This document shows, in pieces, positions 18,443 through 28,984 of a DNA stretch of 64,000 bases (position 1 is the first letter of the stretch; the number at the start of each line of letters is the position of its first letter). Location: NCBI GenBank assembly GCA_964609675.1, contig CAZSRX010000021.1, positions 373-64,372 of the forward strand. Reading direction: 5' to 3'. The notes under the pieces were generated by a model. It made no database searches. It worked only from the letters and a program-made list of their open reading frames with translations, and was not told where the DNA came from. The DNA comes from an uncultured Bacteroidota bacterium (GTDB taxonomy: Bacteria > CLD3 > SB21 > JBBIRG01). The position numbers and the translations under genes are program-made.

Positions 18443-19036
18443 ATGAAACCTGTGTTCGTTTTTTTTCTCGCGGTCATGACTGGCGCCTGCGTTTCTAAGA
18501 GCATTTACTATGCCTTTGAAGAGAATGGTCAATATGGCTATAAGGACAAGAAGGGCGCGACGGTTATCCCGGCGCAGTTTGATTATGCGATTACGGAGGA
18601 AATGGCCGGAGACATTGCGTTTGTAACGAAAGGTAAGGACATTCTTGCCATCGACCGCAACGGTAGGGTTCTATTGACCTGTTATAATTACGACAACGGC
18701 CCCGACCCTCTGGAGGAAGGATTGTTCCGTTTCGTTGAAAAGGATAAAATCGGATTCGCGAATTCGAAGGGTGCAATCGTCATACCCGCGCAGTTTAGCT
18801 TCGTACGGCCGTTTAAAGATGGGATGGCGGCTTTTTACGAAAACTTTACCACGGAGAAAAAAGGCGAATACACGCTGATGAAGGGCGGACAATGGGGATT
18901 TATCAATAAGAAAGGCGAAATCGTGATCCCGGCGGCATACGATGAAGCGGGGGATTTTGAAGACGGGCAAGTATCCGTTTTCAAAAACAGGACCGAGATA
19001 GTGCTGGACAAAAAAGGCCGGCCTGTTAAAAAGTAG
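18443..19036 (+). CDS. WG-repeat (KWG) lipoprotein
   Basis: Signal/lipobox MKPVFVFFLAVMTGAC. Repeated motifs such as YGYKDKKGATVIPAQFDYA, GFANSKGAIVIPAQF and WGFINKKGEIVIPAAYDEAGDF. Confidence 0.6.
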   Translation: MKPVFVFFLAVMTGACVSKSIYYAFEENGQYGYKDKKGATVIPAQFDYAITEEMAGDIAFVTKGKDILAIDRNGRVLLTCYNYDNGPDPLEEGLFRFVEKDKIGFANSKGAIVIPAQFSFVRPFKDGMAAFYENFTTEKKGEYTLMKGGQWGFINKKGEIVIPAAYDEAGDFEDGQVSVFKNRTEIVLDKKGRPVKK

Positions 19037-19058
19037 CGGCAATGCCGAACGCTGAAAA

Positions 19059-20456
19059 TTATAATTTAAAAGGGCTCATATAAGGAATCGCTTTACGGGC
19101 GGAGCCTTCTTCCGCCAATCCTGAAAACTCTATGGTCAGCGACAGTTCCCCGCCGAATAATCGGGTAAGATGGTTCCTGATTTCGCTTTCATAGAGCCGC
19201 AGGCCTTCGTGATCCGGGCGGATTTTCAGTATGCAGGATAAATCATTTGCCTGAATAAATTGATGCTGTACGACAGGAAATCGCCGGATAATTTTGGAAA
19301 TATCAATCGGATTAACCGTCTGGCCGTTGGTTTTTTTAAAAAGAACCGGCCGGCGTCCTTCCAAATCATACAAGCGCGGCATGGGATCGCCGCAATCGCA
19401 GGGTTCAAAGCGGATCCGCGCATAATCGCCGGTGCGGTATCGCAGCAACGGCACAAACGGATTGCGTCCGCCGGTAACCGTAATTTCGCCCCATTCGCCT
19501 TCCTGCAGCGGCTGTCCTTCATCGCCGGTTATTTCAACAAACAAATCGGGAGGAAGAATATGATACGCATCCGGATTCAGCGGACAGGAATAGGCTATCG
19601 GACCGGTATCGTTCAGCGAATAGAAATCAATGACCGGACAATTAAAATGATCCGCTAACACTCTTCTGAAGCCGTTTGTCAGCGCCATCGCGGTGGACAG
19701 CAGCGCCCGGGGTTTGTAATTCTGGAGATCGCTTTTCATCAATTCCGAGAACGCTATCGGGTCGCCGGTTAAGAAAAGCGGGTTCAAATCGCTGATAAAT
19801 TTTGCCGGGCTGTTTTCCCGCGGCCATTCGGACGGTTTCATATTTATTTTCGCATATCCGGCGCCGTTCAGCTGGGAGTGCACGGTACAGTAAGTGATGG
19901 TGTTTTCCTGCGCGCAGATCAGGAAACACGCGGTCATCGTATGGTCATAGACCGGTTTGACGCCATGCCGCTCCAGACAGAACGTAACCATGGGGTCGTA
20001 ACAGCCGATGGCGCGCGGATGGTTGGGAACGCGGATCGCATGGCCGGTGGTTCCGGAGGTGTCGTACAGCACAAGACGATCCAGGGCTATATCCTCCGGC
20101 ACCACTTCATGAAGGCGCACAGCCAGGTCTTCGCGGCTCATCGGCGGTATCGCATGAAAGTCCTTATCCATGCTCAGACCCTGGGTGCGCCGCCGTATAA
20201 TCGCAGAATGTTTTTGAACCTCCAGCGCATAATGAATAAAATCTTCCGAAGGGACGGCGGAGCCTTTTTCGCGGCGATGATACAGACTGTCGCAGAAGGC
20301 GCGGATGAACGGCATATCTTCGGCCATCAGCCGATCGCCGCACCGGGTGTTCCAGCGCGGGGCGTCCGGATGCTCGCGGAGACGGTAATAATTGGGCAGC
20401 CATGCCTCCTGCATCATCGGAATACGTTCGGTTATTTCTCGCGGTATGGTCATCAT
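19059..20456 (-). CDS. phenylacetate-CoA ligase / coenzyme F390 synthetase-family adenylate-forming enzyme
   Basis: LYDTSGTTGHAIRVPNH is the AMP-binding P-loop of the PaaK/CapK family. 465 aa. Confidence 0.65.
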   Translation of the reverse strand: MMTIPREITERIPMMQEAWLPNYYRLREHPDAPRWNTRCGDRLMAEDMPFIRAFCDSLYHRREKGSAVPSEDFIHYALEVQKHSAIIRRRTQGLSMDKDFHAIPPMSREDLAVRLHEVVPEDIALDRLVLYDTSGTTGHAIRVPNHPRAIGCYDPMVTFCLERHGVKPVYDHTMTACFLICAQENTITYCTVHSQLNGAGYAKINMKPSEWPRENSPAKFISDLNPLFLTGDPIAFSELMKSDLQNYKPRALLSTAMALTNGFRRVLADHFNCPVIDFYSLNDTGPIAYSCPLNPDAYHILPPDLFVEITGDEGQPLQEGEWGEITVTGGRNPFVPLLRYRTGDYARIRFEPCDCGDPMPRLYDLEGRRPVLFKKTNGQTVNPIDISKIIRRFPVVQHQFIQANDLSCILKIRPDHEGLRLYESEIRNHLTRLFGGELSLTIEFSGLAEEGSARKAIPYMSPFKL

Positions 20457-20476
20457 GACAAACCGATGGACAAGGG

Positions 20477-22009
20477 TTAGCGGGCGATCAGTCCGGCAAG
20501 CATTTTAAGGGCGTCGTACAGATCCTGGTCCCGGCATTCTTCGCAGACGACTTCTCGGCCTTGCGTCACTTTACCGGACTGCACATCGAGTATCCGGGCG
20601 GAAATGACGTAAATCGAACCGAGTTTGCCGATGCTACCGAGAATCAGATAATCGGCGCTGAGCAACTGGCCGATTTTCAAGCCGCTTTGCTCGGTAAAGT
20701 CTGTCATGGAAAAATCCTGCTCTTTGATGATTTTGTCGATCTGCGCGCGTTCGATGAGCGTCAGGTATTTGACGTTGGCCAGAGAGCCGGACAGCGAATT
20801 CAGGCAAAGGTCGGCCCATTCCGCAGATACGCCTTTGGCCTCGAAACTGACGATGGCCACGCGAGCCGGCGTGTCCTTTTTGAGCGCGGGGTCGGTTCCG
20901 GACGTACTGCGGATGCGGCCCGAAAGCGACGGCAGCGTGCCGCCGGCCATTTCTCCCGATTCGTTGAACTCCATGCTCCACACCTGCGTCTGCCCGTTGT
21001 CCAAACCGGCGGCCAGCCATTCGTTGTTTTCGGATACCGCAAGCTGCCGGATCTTCTGCTCGACATTGAGCGACTGGACCATCTCCCCTTTCCGCAGGTC
21101 AATAATTGCAAACGCTTTATTATCTTCGCAGAAGGCCGCCACATGATCGGCGCCCGGGCCAAGCGCAATCCGGTCCACCCGCCATCCGGTTTTTAAGCGT
21201 TTGATCTCCGCGCCGCTCTGCCAGTCGTACACAATGATTTTATTGTCTCTCAGAAGGCTTTGTCCGCCGGTAGCCAACGCCACTTCCTGCAGGCCGACCA
21301 CAAATACATTCGATGCACGGTTGGTGGCAGCCGCCATCACCACGGACCGGGAACCATACAACTCGTTTCCGCCCAGTGTAACTTCGCGCAGAACGGTCTG
21401 CTTCACGGGACTCCACGCCATGACCTTACCCTTTTTGGAAATCGCAATCAACTGCTGTCCCAAACGGTCGAACCCTAAGAAGAGTACGTCCTCGATTTTA
21501 TTACGCATATCCAGTGAGCCGGCACTCATCATGGCATTCAGATCATAGATTTCAATGCGTTCGCCTTTGGTCTGTACGGCCAGATACTGCTTCCCCGCGT
21601 CGATGCACACTGTCACCGGCTGGGCTTTAAGTTTCATGGGCTGCTGCAATACACCGGCCGGAATATCATAGACGCTGACCGCTCCGCTTTTATCCACAAT
21701 GACCACCGATTGGTCTTTGTGGACAAATGATACGAAATACGCGTCCTTGGCAACTTTGGCATTAAACAAAATCGATTTCGAATTCAGATCCCAGCCAAGG
21801 ATATTCCCACCGGCATCCCCGGTTACCAACCTACTGCCGTCGCCGGAAAAGGCGATGGATTGAACGCTTTTTTTGAATTCGGATGTAAAATTATAATGCG
21901 GCTTTACGTTGAGCGTCTGCGGAGAGAGCACGGCGGCATATACCGAAACGTATACGGTCAGCAAGCAAGTTAATATTGCTTTCATATGGCTCCTTCTAAA
22001 AATAAACAT
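20477..22009 (-). CDS. secreted WD40/beta-propeller protein with a C-terminal CsgG/LpoB-like regulatory domain
   Basis: Signal peptide MKAILTCLLTVYVSVYA (likely start 21985). WD-like repeats (GDAGGNILGWDL, VWSM). The C-terminal region ...LIERAQIDKIIKEQDFSMTDF...IGQLLSADYLILGSIGKLGS resembles the CsgG/LpoB fold. Confidence 0.5.
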   Translation of the reverse strand: MFIFRRSHMKAILTCLLTVYVSVYAAVLSPQTLNVKPHYNFTSEFKKSVQSIAFSGDGSRLVTGDAGGNILGWDLNSKSILFNAKVAKDAYFVSFVHKDQSVVIVDKSGAVSVYDIPAGVLQQPMKLKAQPVTVCIDAGKQYLAVQTKGERIEIYDLNAMMSAGSLDMRNKIEDVLFLGFDRLGQQLIAISKKGKVMAWSPVKQTVLREVTLGGNELYGSRSVVMAAATNRASNVFVVGLQEVALATGGQSLLRDNKIIVYDWQSGAEIKRLKTGWRVDRIALGPGADHVAAFCEDNKAFAIIDLRKGEMVQSLNVEQKIRQLAVSENNEWLAAGLDNGQTQVWSMEFNESGEMAGGTLPSLSGRIRSTSGTDPALKKDTPARVAIVSFEAKGVSAEWADLCLNSLSGSLANVKYLTLIERAQIDKIIKEQDFSMTDFTEQSGLKIGQLLSADYLILGSIGKLGSIYVISARILDVQSGKVTQGREVVCEECRDQDLYDALKMLAGLIAR

Positions 22010-22076
22010 GCTTCACGATAATGAATATCCCCTATTCATTACGCGTAAACGCAACCCGTTTGTAGAAGAGGGCGTC

Positions 22077-22559
22077 TTACCGCCAGATGAAGCCCAGGCC
22101 GGAGCTGATGAGAATCACGCCGCTGCCTTCACTCATGCTGATCAGATAGTTAATGTTGGAGTCAAACGTGACGCGCTCTGTTAGAAAGATTTTAAGGCCA
22201 GCTTGGAGACCTAACGCCGACATATCGAAGTTACCGAAATCCGGCGCCAGAAACTGAGCGCCGACGTAAGGCACTTTCTTGGCGTCGCTCATGAGGAAGG
22301 AATAGGTCCCAAAAACACCGGCGCCAAAAGTTGTTACATCAGGCGTGATGGACAACAGCGGCGATACGCCGCCCTGGATACGGTCGGTGAAATAGTAACC
22401 GTATTTTCCCTGAATGATACCCATGGAATAATCGGCGTCGGGAATGATGATAATCAGCGCCGTCGCGCCCAGTTCCTTGTCGCCTTTTTGCTGCTGCGCG
22501 TTGGCCGGCGTAATCACCACGGCCATTAAAAACATTATGGAAACCCATACACATTTCAT
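22077..22559 (-). CDS. small outer-membrane beta-barrel protein
   Basis: Signal peptide MKCVWVSIMFLMAVVITPANAQQ, alternating amphipathic strands, C-terminal aromatic residue (GLGFIWR). Confidence 0.55.
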   Translation of the reverse strand: MKCVWVSIMFLMAVVITPANAQQQKGDKELGATALIIIIPDADYSMGIIQGKYGYYFTDRIQGGVSPLLSITPDVTTFGAGVFGTYSFLMSDAKKVPYVGAQFLAPDFGNFDMSALGLQAGLKIFLTERVTFDSNINYLISMSEGSGVILISSGLGFIWR

Positions 22560-22724
22560 AAGGCACCTCCGGGATTCATACTGATGATTTTGTGTGTTTT
22601 TTCTGAGAAGCTATTATAAGGTACTTAAATTTTAAATCGAAGTCAAATTGATTTTCAAGGCCGACGTCCAGCAATATCAGGTTGAAGAAATCGCAACGGG
22701 TGAGCGGATGGAACCGGTCTAATC

Positions 22725-23543
22725 TTAGAACCCCTTTTCCACTATCACACGAATGATTGCGTGGAACCATTTAACCGGGATAAGCCTCCGGACGCCAAGC
22801 ATCATACGGCTCTGGAAGCCCGCGGGATAACGGATTCGGAAATTCTTTGAAACGGCGGCTTTGTAAATGACCCGGGCAACAACCTCAGGCCCCGGCGCCT
22901 TTTCGCCTTCTTTCTGCGTATTCGCATAGGTAATTTTTTCATACCGGTCATAATCGTTTAAACCGTCTTTAGCGAATAAATCCTGAGAACGGCTGTAAAA
23001 ATCCGTTTTAATCGCGCCGGGTTCCACGCATTTCACTTTGATACCGAACGGCCGCAGTTCATACGCAAGCGATTCCGAGAAACCTTCCACCGCCCATTTC
23101 GTACCGTGATAAACGCTGTAAATCGGAAACGTGACCAACCCGGCGGTGGATGTGATATTGATAATAGTCCCGTTTCGCTGTTTACGGAAATGCGGCAGAA
23201 CTTCACGGATCACGTTCATGACGCCGAATACATTCGTATCGAATTGTCTCCGGATCTGCTCCGGCGTGGCTTTCTCGAAGACGCCGATCGCGCCGTAACC
23301 TGCATTATTCACGACAACGTCGAGTCCGCCGAAATCACGGATACAAGACGCCAGCGCCGTTCGTATGCTTTCGGGCTGCGTTACATCCAGCGGATACAAA
23401 CGGATATTGGACGCTTTAAGAAATTCTTCCGCGTTTTCCGGCCGGCGCATGGTCGCGGCGACATTCCATCCTTTCCGGGCGAAATATTCGGCGGCGGCTT
23501 TTCCTATTCCGGATGAGGCTCCGGTGATGAACACAGTTTTCAT
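22725..23543 (-). CDS. SDR-family short-chain dehydrogenase/reductase
   Basis: TGASSGIGKAAA (TGxxxGxG), NNAG and YSVYHGTKWAVEG (YxxxK). Confidence 0.8.
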   Translation of the reverse strand: MKTVFITGASSGIGKAAAEYFARKGWNVAATMRRPENAEEFLKASNIRLYPLDVTQPESIRTALASCIRDFGGLDVVVNNAGYGAIGVFEKATPEQIRRQFDTNVFGVMNVIREVLPHFRKQRNGTIINITSTAGLVTFPIYSVYHGTKWAVEGFSESLAYELRPFGIKVKCVEPGAIKTDFYSRSQDLFAKDGLNDYDRYEKITYANTQKEGEKAPGPEVVARVIYKAAVSKNFRIRYPAGFQSRMMLGVRRLIPVKWFHAIIRVIVEKGF

Positions 23544-23635
23544 GATACAGCCTGATGCGGTACATTAGATTTTAGATAGTGTAACATGTTTTCCTTCTTT
23601 AATATTCCATGGATTTTCAGCGTCCGCATAATATA

Positions 23636-24766
23636 TCACTGAATTTTTAATTTATACATTTTAAAGACTTGCTGAAATGCGGGTTTGCCGATATACCAGA
23701 AATGCGAGCCGTCATAAGCGAGTCCGTAAGGCTCCGGTAAACCCTCCCAGGACTGATACGAACTGATGACGGTTCCGCTGAGATTCAGTTTGTATAATTT
23801 ATCAAATGTATAACCATAACCGCTGAGTACCCACAGATTGGTTCCGTCATAAACGATACCGGCGGGCTGTGTGCTCGGCGACTGGAAATCCGTGAGTTTG
23901 GTTCCGCTCTGGTCCAGCTTATACACCAGATAAGCCGATTTATCAACAACCCAGTAGTACGAGCCCTGCGTTGTCAGGTAATCGGCATTCAATGCGGGTT
24001 TGGAAAAATAATTCACCGCGGCCGGGTTGATCCGGTAAATTTTCTGCATGACCTGATCAAACACATACCAATACGGGCCGTTAAACGTTAACCCGTACGG
24101 ATGATCGCCGGGACTTGTGAAGGATGAAAGCACGGAGCCGGATGCGGACAGTTTACAGATACGGGCATTCTCGTTGGTCGCGTCGGCCACCCAGAGATTG
24201 GCGCCGTCAAAAGCCAGATCGTGCATGGAATTGGATGTTCCGGCAAAGGACGTCATGACCGATCCCGTTGTATCCATCTTATAAATCTGATTCGAGCTGC
24301 TTCGTGCGTACCACAAATACGCTCCGTCAAAAGTTAAACCCCCGCTTGAACTGGTTTCCACCGCAAAGGATAAAAGCATGGTGCCCGAATGGTTAAATTT
24401 ATAAATAGCGCTGCTGCCGAAAGACCAGGACGCCACCCAGATGCGTCCTCCGTTGCAGGCCAATCCGCAGACCAACGTACCCGGACAGACAACGGAATCG
24501 ATCGCGGTTCCGGACATCGTGAATTTATAAACGCGTATCTGGCCGGACACTTCCGCGGCACCCCAGAAGCCGGTTCCATCGAATCCGAGACCCTTATAGA
24601 TATGATTTCGGGGTATCTTATGAAGATCAAACGGCTGAAAAATCCAGAGAATCAGACAAGCCGCGGCCGCCGGTCCGATGTGAAAAACATAATTGCTTTT
24701 CCGTTCGCTTTGAAAAGGATACGGCTTTTTTAACAACGAAACGATATGTCCTGACCATGCTGTCAT
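23636..24766 (-). CDS. beta-propeller repeat protein (about six repeats containing G-[AT]-xLWV and IYK-x-N-x-SGT)
   Basis: Recurrent modules about 45-50 aa long, e.g. FDGAYLWYARSSSNQIYKMDTTGSV, FDGANLWVADATNENARICKLSASGSV and YDGTNLWVLSGYG...LYKLNLSGTV. Confidence 0.4.
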   Translation of the reverse strand: MTAWSGHIVSLLKKPYPFQSERKSNYVFHIGPAAAACLILWIFQPFDLHKIPRNHIYKGLGFDGTGFWGAAEVSGQIRVYKFTMSGTAIDSVVCPGTLVCGLACNGGRIWVASWSFGSSAIYKFNHSGTMLLSFAVETSSSGGLTFDGAYLWYARSSSNQIYKMDTTGSVMTSFAGTSNSMHDLAFDGANLWVADATNENARICKLSASGSVLSSFTSPGDHPYGLTFNGPYWYVFDQVMQKIYRINPAAVNYFSKPALNADYLTTQGSYYWVVDKSAYLVYKLDQSGTKLTDFQSPSTQPAGIVYDGTNLWVLSGYGYTFDKLYKLNLSGTVISSYQSWEGLPEPYGLAYDGSHFWYIGKPAFQQVFKMYKLKIQ

Positions 24767-24770
24767 TTCA

Positions 24771-25694
24771 TCAGCTTTCCTGCCGTTTTACCGACCGTGT
24801 ATCCGGGCGCTGAGGCCAGGTGATGATGACCACGGAACCGATAATGATTACCGCGGCGCCCATTACTCGGAGCGTCAGCGCTTCACCTGCCCAGAGCCAA
24901 CCGATCAACACCGCCACCAGCGGATTTACATACGCATAGGTGGCCGCTTTGGCCGGCGTCGTATGTTTTAACAGCCAGATATACGCTGAAAACCCGATCA
25001 GCGAGCCAAAGAGTATCAGATATAGCAGAGATAATCCCGATCTCAGGGTGATCCGATCCGGATACAGGTTGGACCATTCGCCGGTTACCGTTCCAAGAAT
25101 GATTAGCATCAAACCGCCGCACAGCATTTGCATGGCCGCCGCAAGGAACGGCGAACCCGGATGAGGGGCTTTCCGGTTATAGACCGAACCGGCTGACCAG
25201 CATAAGGCCGCGCCTATGAGCACAGCCATTCCAATCCAGTGAACCGGTTCCCCGCCGGTCATTTCTTCCGGTCCCGTCAGGATCCCCAGTCCGACAAATC
25301 CCAGTGCGACACCGGCAAATTCCTTGATTCCGGGCCTTGAACGGCTCGTTTGAAACCAGCTCATGACGCTCATCCACAAGGGCACCGTGGCAACCAGCAG
25401 CGCGGCCAGTCCGGAAGCCACATGCTGTTCCGCCCATGTCACCCCGCCGTTGCCTCCAAGCAGCATTAATAACCCCATGATTGCCGCCGAACGCCAGTGT
25501 TTAACCGAAGGCTTTGGCAACGGCCCCCGCAGTCGCAGAACCATGAGCATCATCAGTCCTGCGGAAAAATGCCTCGTGCCCGCCATAAGAAACGGCGGTA
25601 TGGTTTGCACGCCGAATAATATCGCCAGATACGTGGATCCCCAGAGAATATAGACGGCGGCAAATGCCAGAAACATTTTTATTCTAACAGACAA
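24771..25694 (-). CDS. EamA/DMT-family transporter
   Basis: 10-TM profile with two EamA-like halves. 307 aa. Confidence 0.7.
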   Translation of the reverse strand: MSVRIKMFLAFAAVYILWGSTYLAILFGVQTIPPFLMAGTRHFSAGLMMLMVLRLRGPLPKPSVKHWRSAAIMGLLMLLGGNGGVTWAEQHVASGLAALLVATVPLWMSVMSWFQTSRSRPGIKEFAGVALGFVGLGILTGPEEMTGGEPVHWIGMAVLIGAALCWSAGSVYNRKAPHPGSPFLAAAMQMLCGGLMLIILGTVTGEWSNLYPDRITLRSGLSLLYLILFGSLIGFSAYIWLLKHTTPAKAATYAYVNPLVAVLIGWLWAGEALTLRVMGAAVIIIGSVVIITWPQRPDTRSVKRQES

Positions 25695-25724
25695 GCAGGC
25701 GCTTATTAATATTTCTTCCGGTAT

Positions 25725-26204
25725 TTAGAAATTATTTTGTATTGAAAATTCCCGGTCCTTTTTCAAAAAACTCAATCGATTCTCACGACCGTTATATTGC
25801 CGGATATAATAGGCCGCTTTTTCCATCAGTTCCTTTTGCGCCGGACATACAACGGTAACCTGCTTCCATTCGCCTGGACTAAACCATTGATGCCGGTATC
25901 CGGCTAAATCATCCTGCGGTTGTATGCGGCCGGAGATATATTTTACAAGATACCAGATGCTGATCAACGGGCGGTTTTTTGGGCACCAGAACGTGTGGGC
26001 ATCGATAACATCGATGACCTCAAAGCGGATGGGGCCCAGTTCCTCATGAATTTCCCGCCGAATCCCTTCAACGGGCGTCTCGCGTTCCAGCCAGCCGGAT
26101 ACGCATTGATAACGCATCGCACCCGGCTTTGACAACAGCAAAATCCTGCCTGTTCGGTTATAGATGATGGCTGATACAGCGCAGAAATGTTTTATTCTTC
26201 CCAT
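25725..26204 (-). CDS. NUDIX hydrolase
   Basis: Nudix box GWLERETPVEGIRREIHEELG, matching GX5EX7REUXEEXGU. Confidence 0.7.
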   Translation of the reverse strand: MGRIKHFCAVSAIIYNRTGRILLLSKPGAMRYQCVSGWLERETPVEGIRREIHEELGPIRFEVIDVIDAHTFWCPKNRPLISIWYLVKYISGRIQPQDDLAGYRHQWFSPGEWKQVTVVCPAQKELMEKAAYYIRQYNGRENRLSFLKKDREFSIQNNF

Positions 26205-26269
26205 GATTTCTTAAGCGATCCGTGTATGGTTACAGTCATTTCGTGACCTTTTTTTATTCTGGCGCCATG

Positions 26270-27013
26270 CTATTCTGAAAGCGGGTATACGATACTGTCG
26301 CCGTCATTCCAGGGGCTTTTATAATAAAAGAGCAGTTTTCTGAATCCGGACCGGTACCGGTGCGTTCGTACGGAGGCTGTCAGCGGCTGTACATCCCCGC
26401 TATGCGCAACGATAAGCAGGTAACAGGCGTGGCAATGCAACAGGTATCTTTCAAGAAACGCGTTTTTACGGTCAATCGTCATCTGAATTTCGGCGGCGTT
26501 CACATGATACAAAGCTTCCCGGGCCGAACACCATAGCATTTGATGGGGCAATGGGCAGAAATGGATCCGCGAAAGGCAATCGCTCAGATCGTAGCGTTCC
26601 AGAATGTCCGGATCAAGAAATCCTTCCGCGCCATTATGACGGGCCACGGCGACCGCAAGGTTGTCTGAAAATACGTCCGAATTGACCATCGTGGCGCTTT
26701 CCTTCCAGTAAACCAGGACGCGGCCGCATTGCCGGGTCATCTGCCTATATAATTTCAGCGCCTGCGCCAGTACCCGATCCCGCTCTTTCGGTTCCGTAAA
26801 GTTGTTTCCTGAGGAATTATCCCGGAGCGGAAAGGTAGTCAGTTCGATGCCGATGATTGCCTCATGTGTGTAAAGAATAAAATCGGGGCTTTCGCGAACC
26901 TCGGCATTCATAACGCCGGACGGAAAGGCATCCGATAAGGCAATCGCCTCGAGTAGAAGCTGTCGTTCATAATGTTTTTTTGATTGAAAGCTCTGATTCA
27001 TACGCGCACACAC
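26270..27013 (-). CDS. hypothetical protein
   Basis: 247-aa ORF with host-like GC and no recognisable motif. Confidence 0.4.
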   Translation of the reverse strand: MCARMNQSFQSKKHYERQLLLEAIALSDAFPSGVMNAEVRESPDFILYTHEAIIGIELTTFPLRDNSSGNNFTEPKERDRVLAQALKLYRQMTRQCGRVLVYWKESATMVNSDVFSDNLAVAVARHNGAEGFLDPDILERYDLSDCLSRIHFCPLPHQMLWCSAREALYHVNAAEIQMTIDRKNAFLERYLLHCHACYLLIVAHSGDVQPLTASVRTHRYRSGFRKLLFYYKSPWNDGDSIVYPLSE

Positions 27014-27129
27014 GCACGGTAGCGAATGATTTTTTTTCTGCGGGATAATGCATTCATAAAAAAAATCAAGAGGCTGTCGTTTCGGGACAACCTCTTGTGT
27101 CGTTTTATCGTCGTAAGGAAGGTATCCGG

Positions 27130-28134
27130 TTAATAGCCCTTATCATTGGAACCGAGTACGTTAATAATCTTGTGTTTGTAAAGTTCCTTCAGGGCATCAC
27201 GCGCCGGACCCAGATACTTGCGGGGATCAAATTCTTCAGGTTTTTCCTTGAAAACTTTCCGGATGATAGCCGTAAAAGCCAGGCGGCCGTCGGAATCGAT
27301 GTTAATCTTGCAAACGGCGGATTTAGCCGCGCGGCGCAGTTGCTCTTCGGGAATGCCGACGGTGTCTTTCATCGCACCGCCGTTCTCATTGATGATTTTG
27401 ACAAGATCGGCGGGTACGGACGACGCGCCGTGGAGTACAATCGGGAATCCCGGGATGCGTTTCTCAATTTCTTCGAGGATGTCGAAACGCAGCGGCGGTG
27501 GAATCAGGATGCCGTCCGGCGTGCGGGTACACTGGCTGGGCTTAAACTTGGCGGCGCCGTGGGAGGTGCCGATGGATATGGCCAGCGAATCCACGCCGGT
27601 CTTGGTCACAAAATCCACAACGTCGTCGGGCTGGGTATATACCGATTTCGCGGCAACCACATCGTCTTCGATGCCGGCGAGCACGCCCAGTTCGCCTTCC
27701 ACGGATACGTCGTACTTACGGGCAAATTCCACCACCTGTTTGGTTAGTTCCACATTTTTCTCGTACGGATGGTGCGAGCCGTCGATCATCACTGACGAAA
27801 AGCCCATTTCGATACAGCTTTTGCACAGCTCAAACGTGTCGCCGTGATCCAGATGCAGGACGATGGGTATGCCTTTACCATTACTGAGTTCCTTGGCAAA
27901 CTCCACGGCGCCCTGGGCCATGTAGCGCAGCAGGGTTTGATTGGCGTACTTTCGGGCCCCGGACGAAACTTGAAGAATCACCGGAGAATTTGTTTCCACG
28001 CAGGCCTGCAGTATCGCCTGCAGCTGCTCCATATTATTGAAGTTAAACGCCGGTATGGCGTAGCCGCCGTTAACCGCTTTACGAAATAATTCTTTTGAAT
28101 TGACTAATCCCAGCTCTTTATAACTTACAGGCAT
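27130..28134 (-). CDS. fba: fructose-bisphosphate aldolase class II
   Basis: MPVSYKELGLVNSKELFRKAVNGGYAIPAFNFNNMEQ...HLDHG...GELG are class II FBA signatures. Confidence 0.85.
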   Translation of the reverse strand: MPVSYKELGLVNSKELFRKAVNGGYAIPAFNFNNMEQLQAILQACVETNSPVILQVSSGARKYANQTLLRYMAQGAVEFAKELSNGKGIPIVLHLDHGDTFELCKSCIEMGFSSVMIDGSHHPYEKNVELTKQVVEFARKYDVSVEGELGVLAGIEDDVVAAKSVYTQPDDVVDFVTKTGVDSLAISIGTSHGAAKFKPSQCTRTPDGILIPPPLRFDILEEIEKRIPGFPIVLHGASSVPADLVKIINENGGAMKDTVGIPEEQLRRAAKSAVCKINIDSDGRLAFTAIIRKVFKEKPEEFDPRKYLGPARDALKELYKHKIINVLGSNDKGY

Positions 28135-28207
28135 GGCGCAACTCCTTTCTTGATTGAATGAATCATTTTGAGTATACGTTAAAATTTTTTTAAATAAAAC
28201 AGTTATA

Positions 28208-28984
28208 TTATTTTTTCAAAAGCCGTTGCCGTCGGATTTCAAAAAAAAGGACTCCGGCCGCCACCGAAGCGTTGAGCGACTGGATGTGGCCGTGCATGGG
28301 AATTTTGATGAGAAAATCACAGTGATCCGCCACCAGCGGGCGCAGGCCTTTACCCTCACTGCCGATAACAATCCCGGTCGGGCCGCTCCAGTCAATATCA
28401 TAATAATTCTTCTCGCCCCGGAGAGACGTTCCGAAAAACCACAAACCGCGTTCTTTCAGGTGATCAATGGTCTGCACGATATTGGTAACCATGACAATTT
28501 TGCAGTAGGCCGTGGCCCCCGCCGAAGTTTTAACGACCGTCGCATTGACCCCGGCGGCATTATGACGCGGTATGATTAGGCCATGCACACCCGCGCATTC
28601 GGCGCTTCGGATAATGGCGCCAAGATTGTGCGGATCGGTAATCTGATCGAGTAAAGCGATTACATGAGGTTCGTTTCTTTCCTGCGCCAGATTCAGGATC
28701 TCGTCCAGGTCGGCATAATGGAATTCACTCCCGCGCACGGTGGCCATCACGCCCTGATGATTGAGTTTGCCGGCGATTTTTTCCATCTGAGCGGCGGTAA
28801 TCCGTTTGACTTTAACGTGATTACTGCGCGCCAGGGAGATGATTTCTTCCACCACCCATCCATGCGTGTGTTCCTGGATATGAATCTCTTCGATGGACTC
28901 CTGCGCTTTCAGGGCTTCCAGTACCGGTTTCCGGCCGTATATCAGGGTATCACTCATAAGAATCCTTTGGTTTACGGGATACAA
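28208..28984 (-). CDS. rlmB: 23S rRNA (guanosine-2'-O)-methyltransferase, SpoU/TrmH family (RlmB-like)
   Basis: N-terminal L30e-like domain plus SpoU motifs ...ALLDQITDPHNLGAIIRSA...IPMHGHIQSLNASVAAGVLFFE. Confidence 0.7.
   Translation of the reverse strand: MYPVNQRILMSDTLIYGRKPVLEALKAQESIEEIHIQEHTHGWVVEEIISLARSNHVKVKRITAAQMEKIAGKLNHQGVMATVRGSEFHYADLDEILNLAQERNEPHVIALLDQITDPHNLGAIIRSAECAGVHGLIIPRHNAAGVNATVVKTSAGATAYCKIVMVTNIVQTIDHLKERGLWFFGTSLRGEKNYYDIDWSGPTGIVIGSEGKGLRPLVADHCDFLIKIPMHGHIQSLNASVAAGVLFFEIRRQRLLKK

Noticed and set aside
20561-21548. Multiple overlapping ORFs on both strands within 20561-21548
   Set aside because: They are embedded in or antisense to the WD40 protein gene. They are high in Arg and Ala and are mutually overlapping frames.
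27097-28089. Plus-strand ORFs opposite fba (27097-27747, 27218-27847, 27844-28089)
   Set aside because: Antisense to a perfectly conserved class II aldolase gene, with low-complexity translations.
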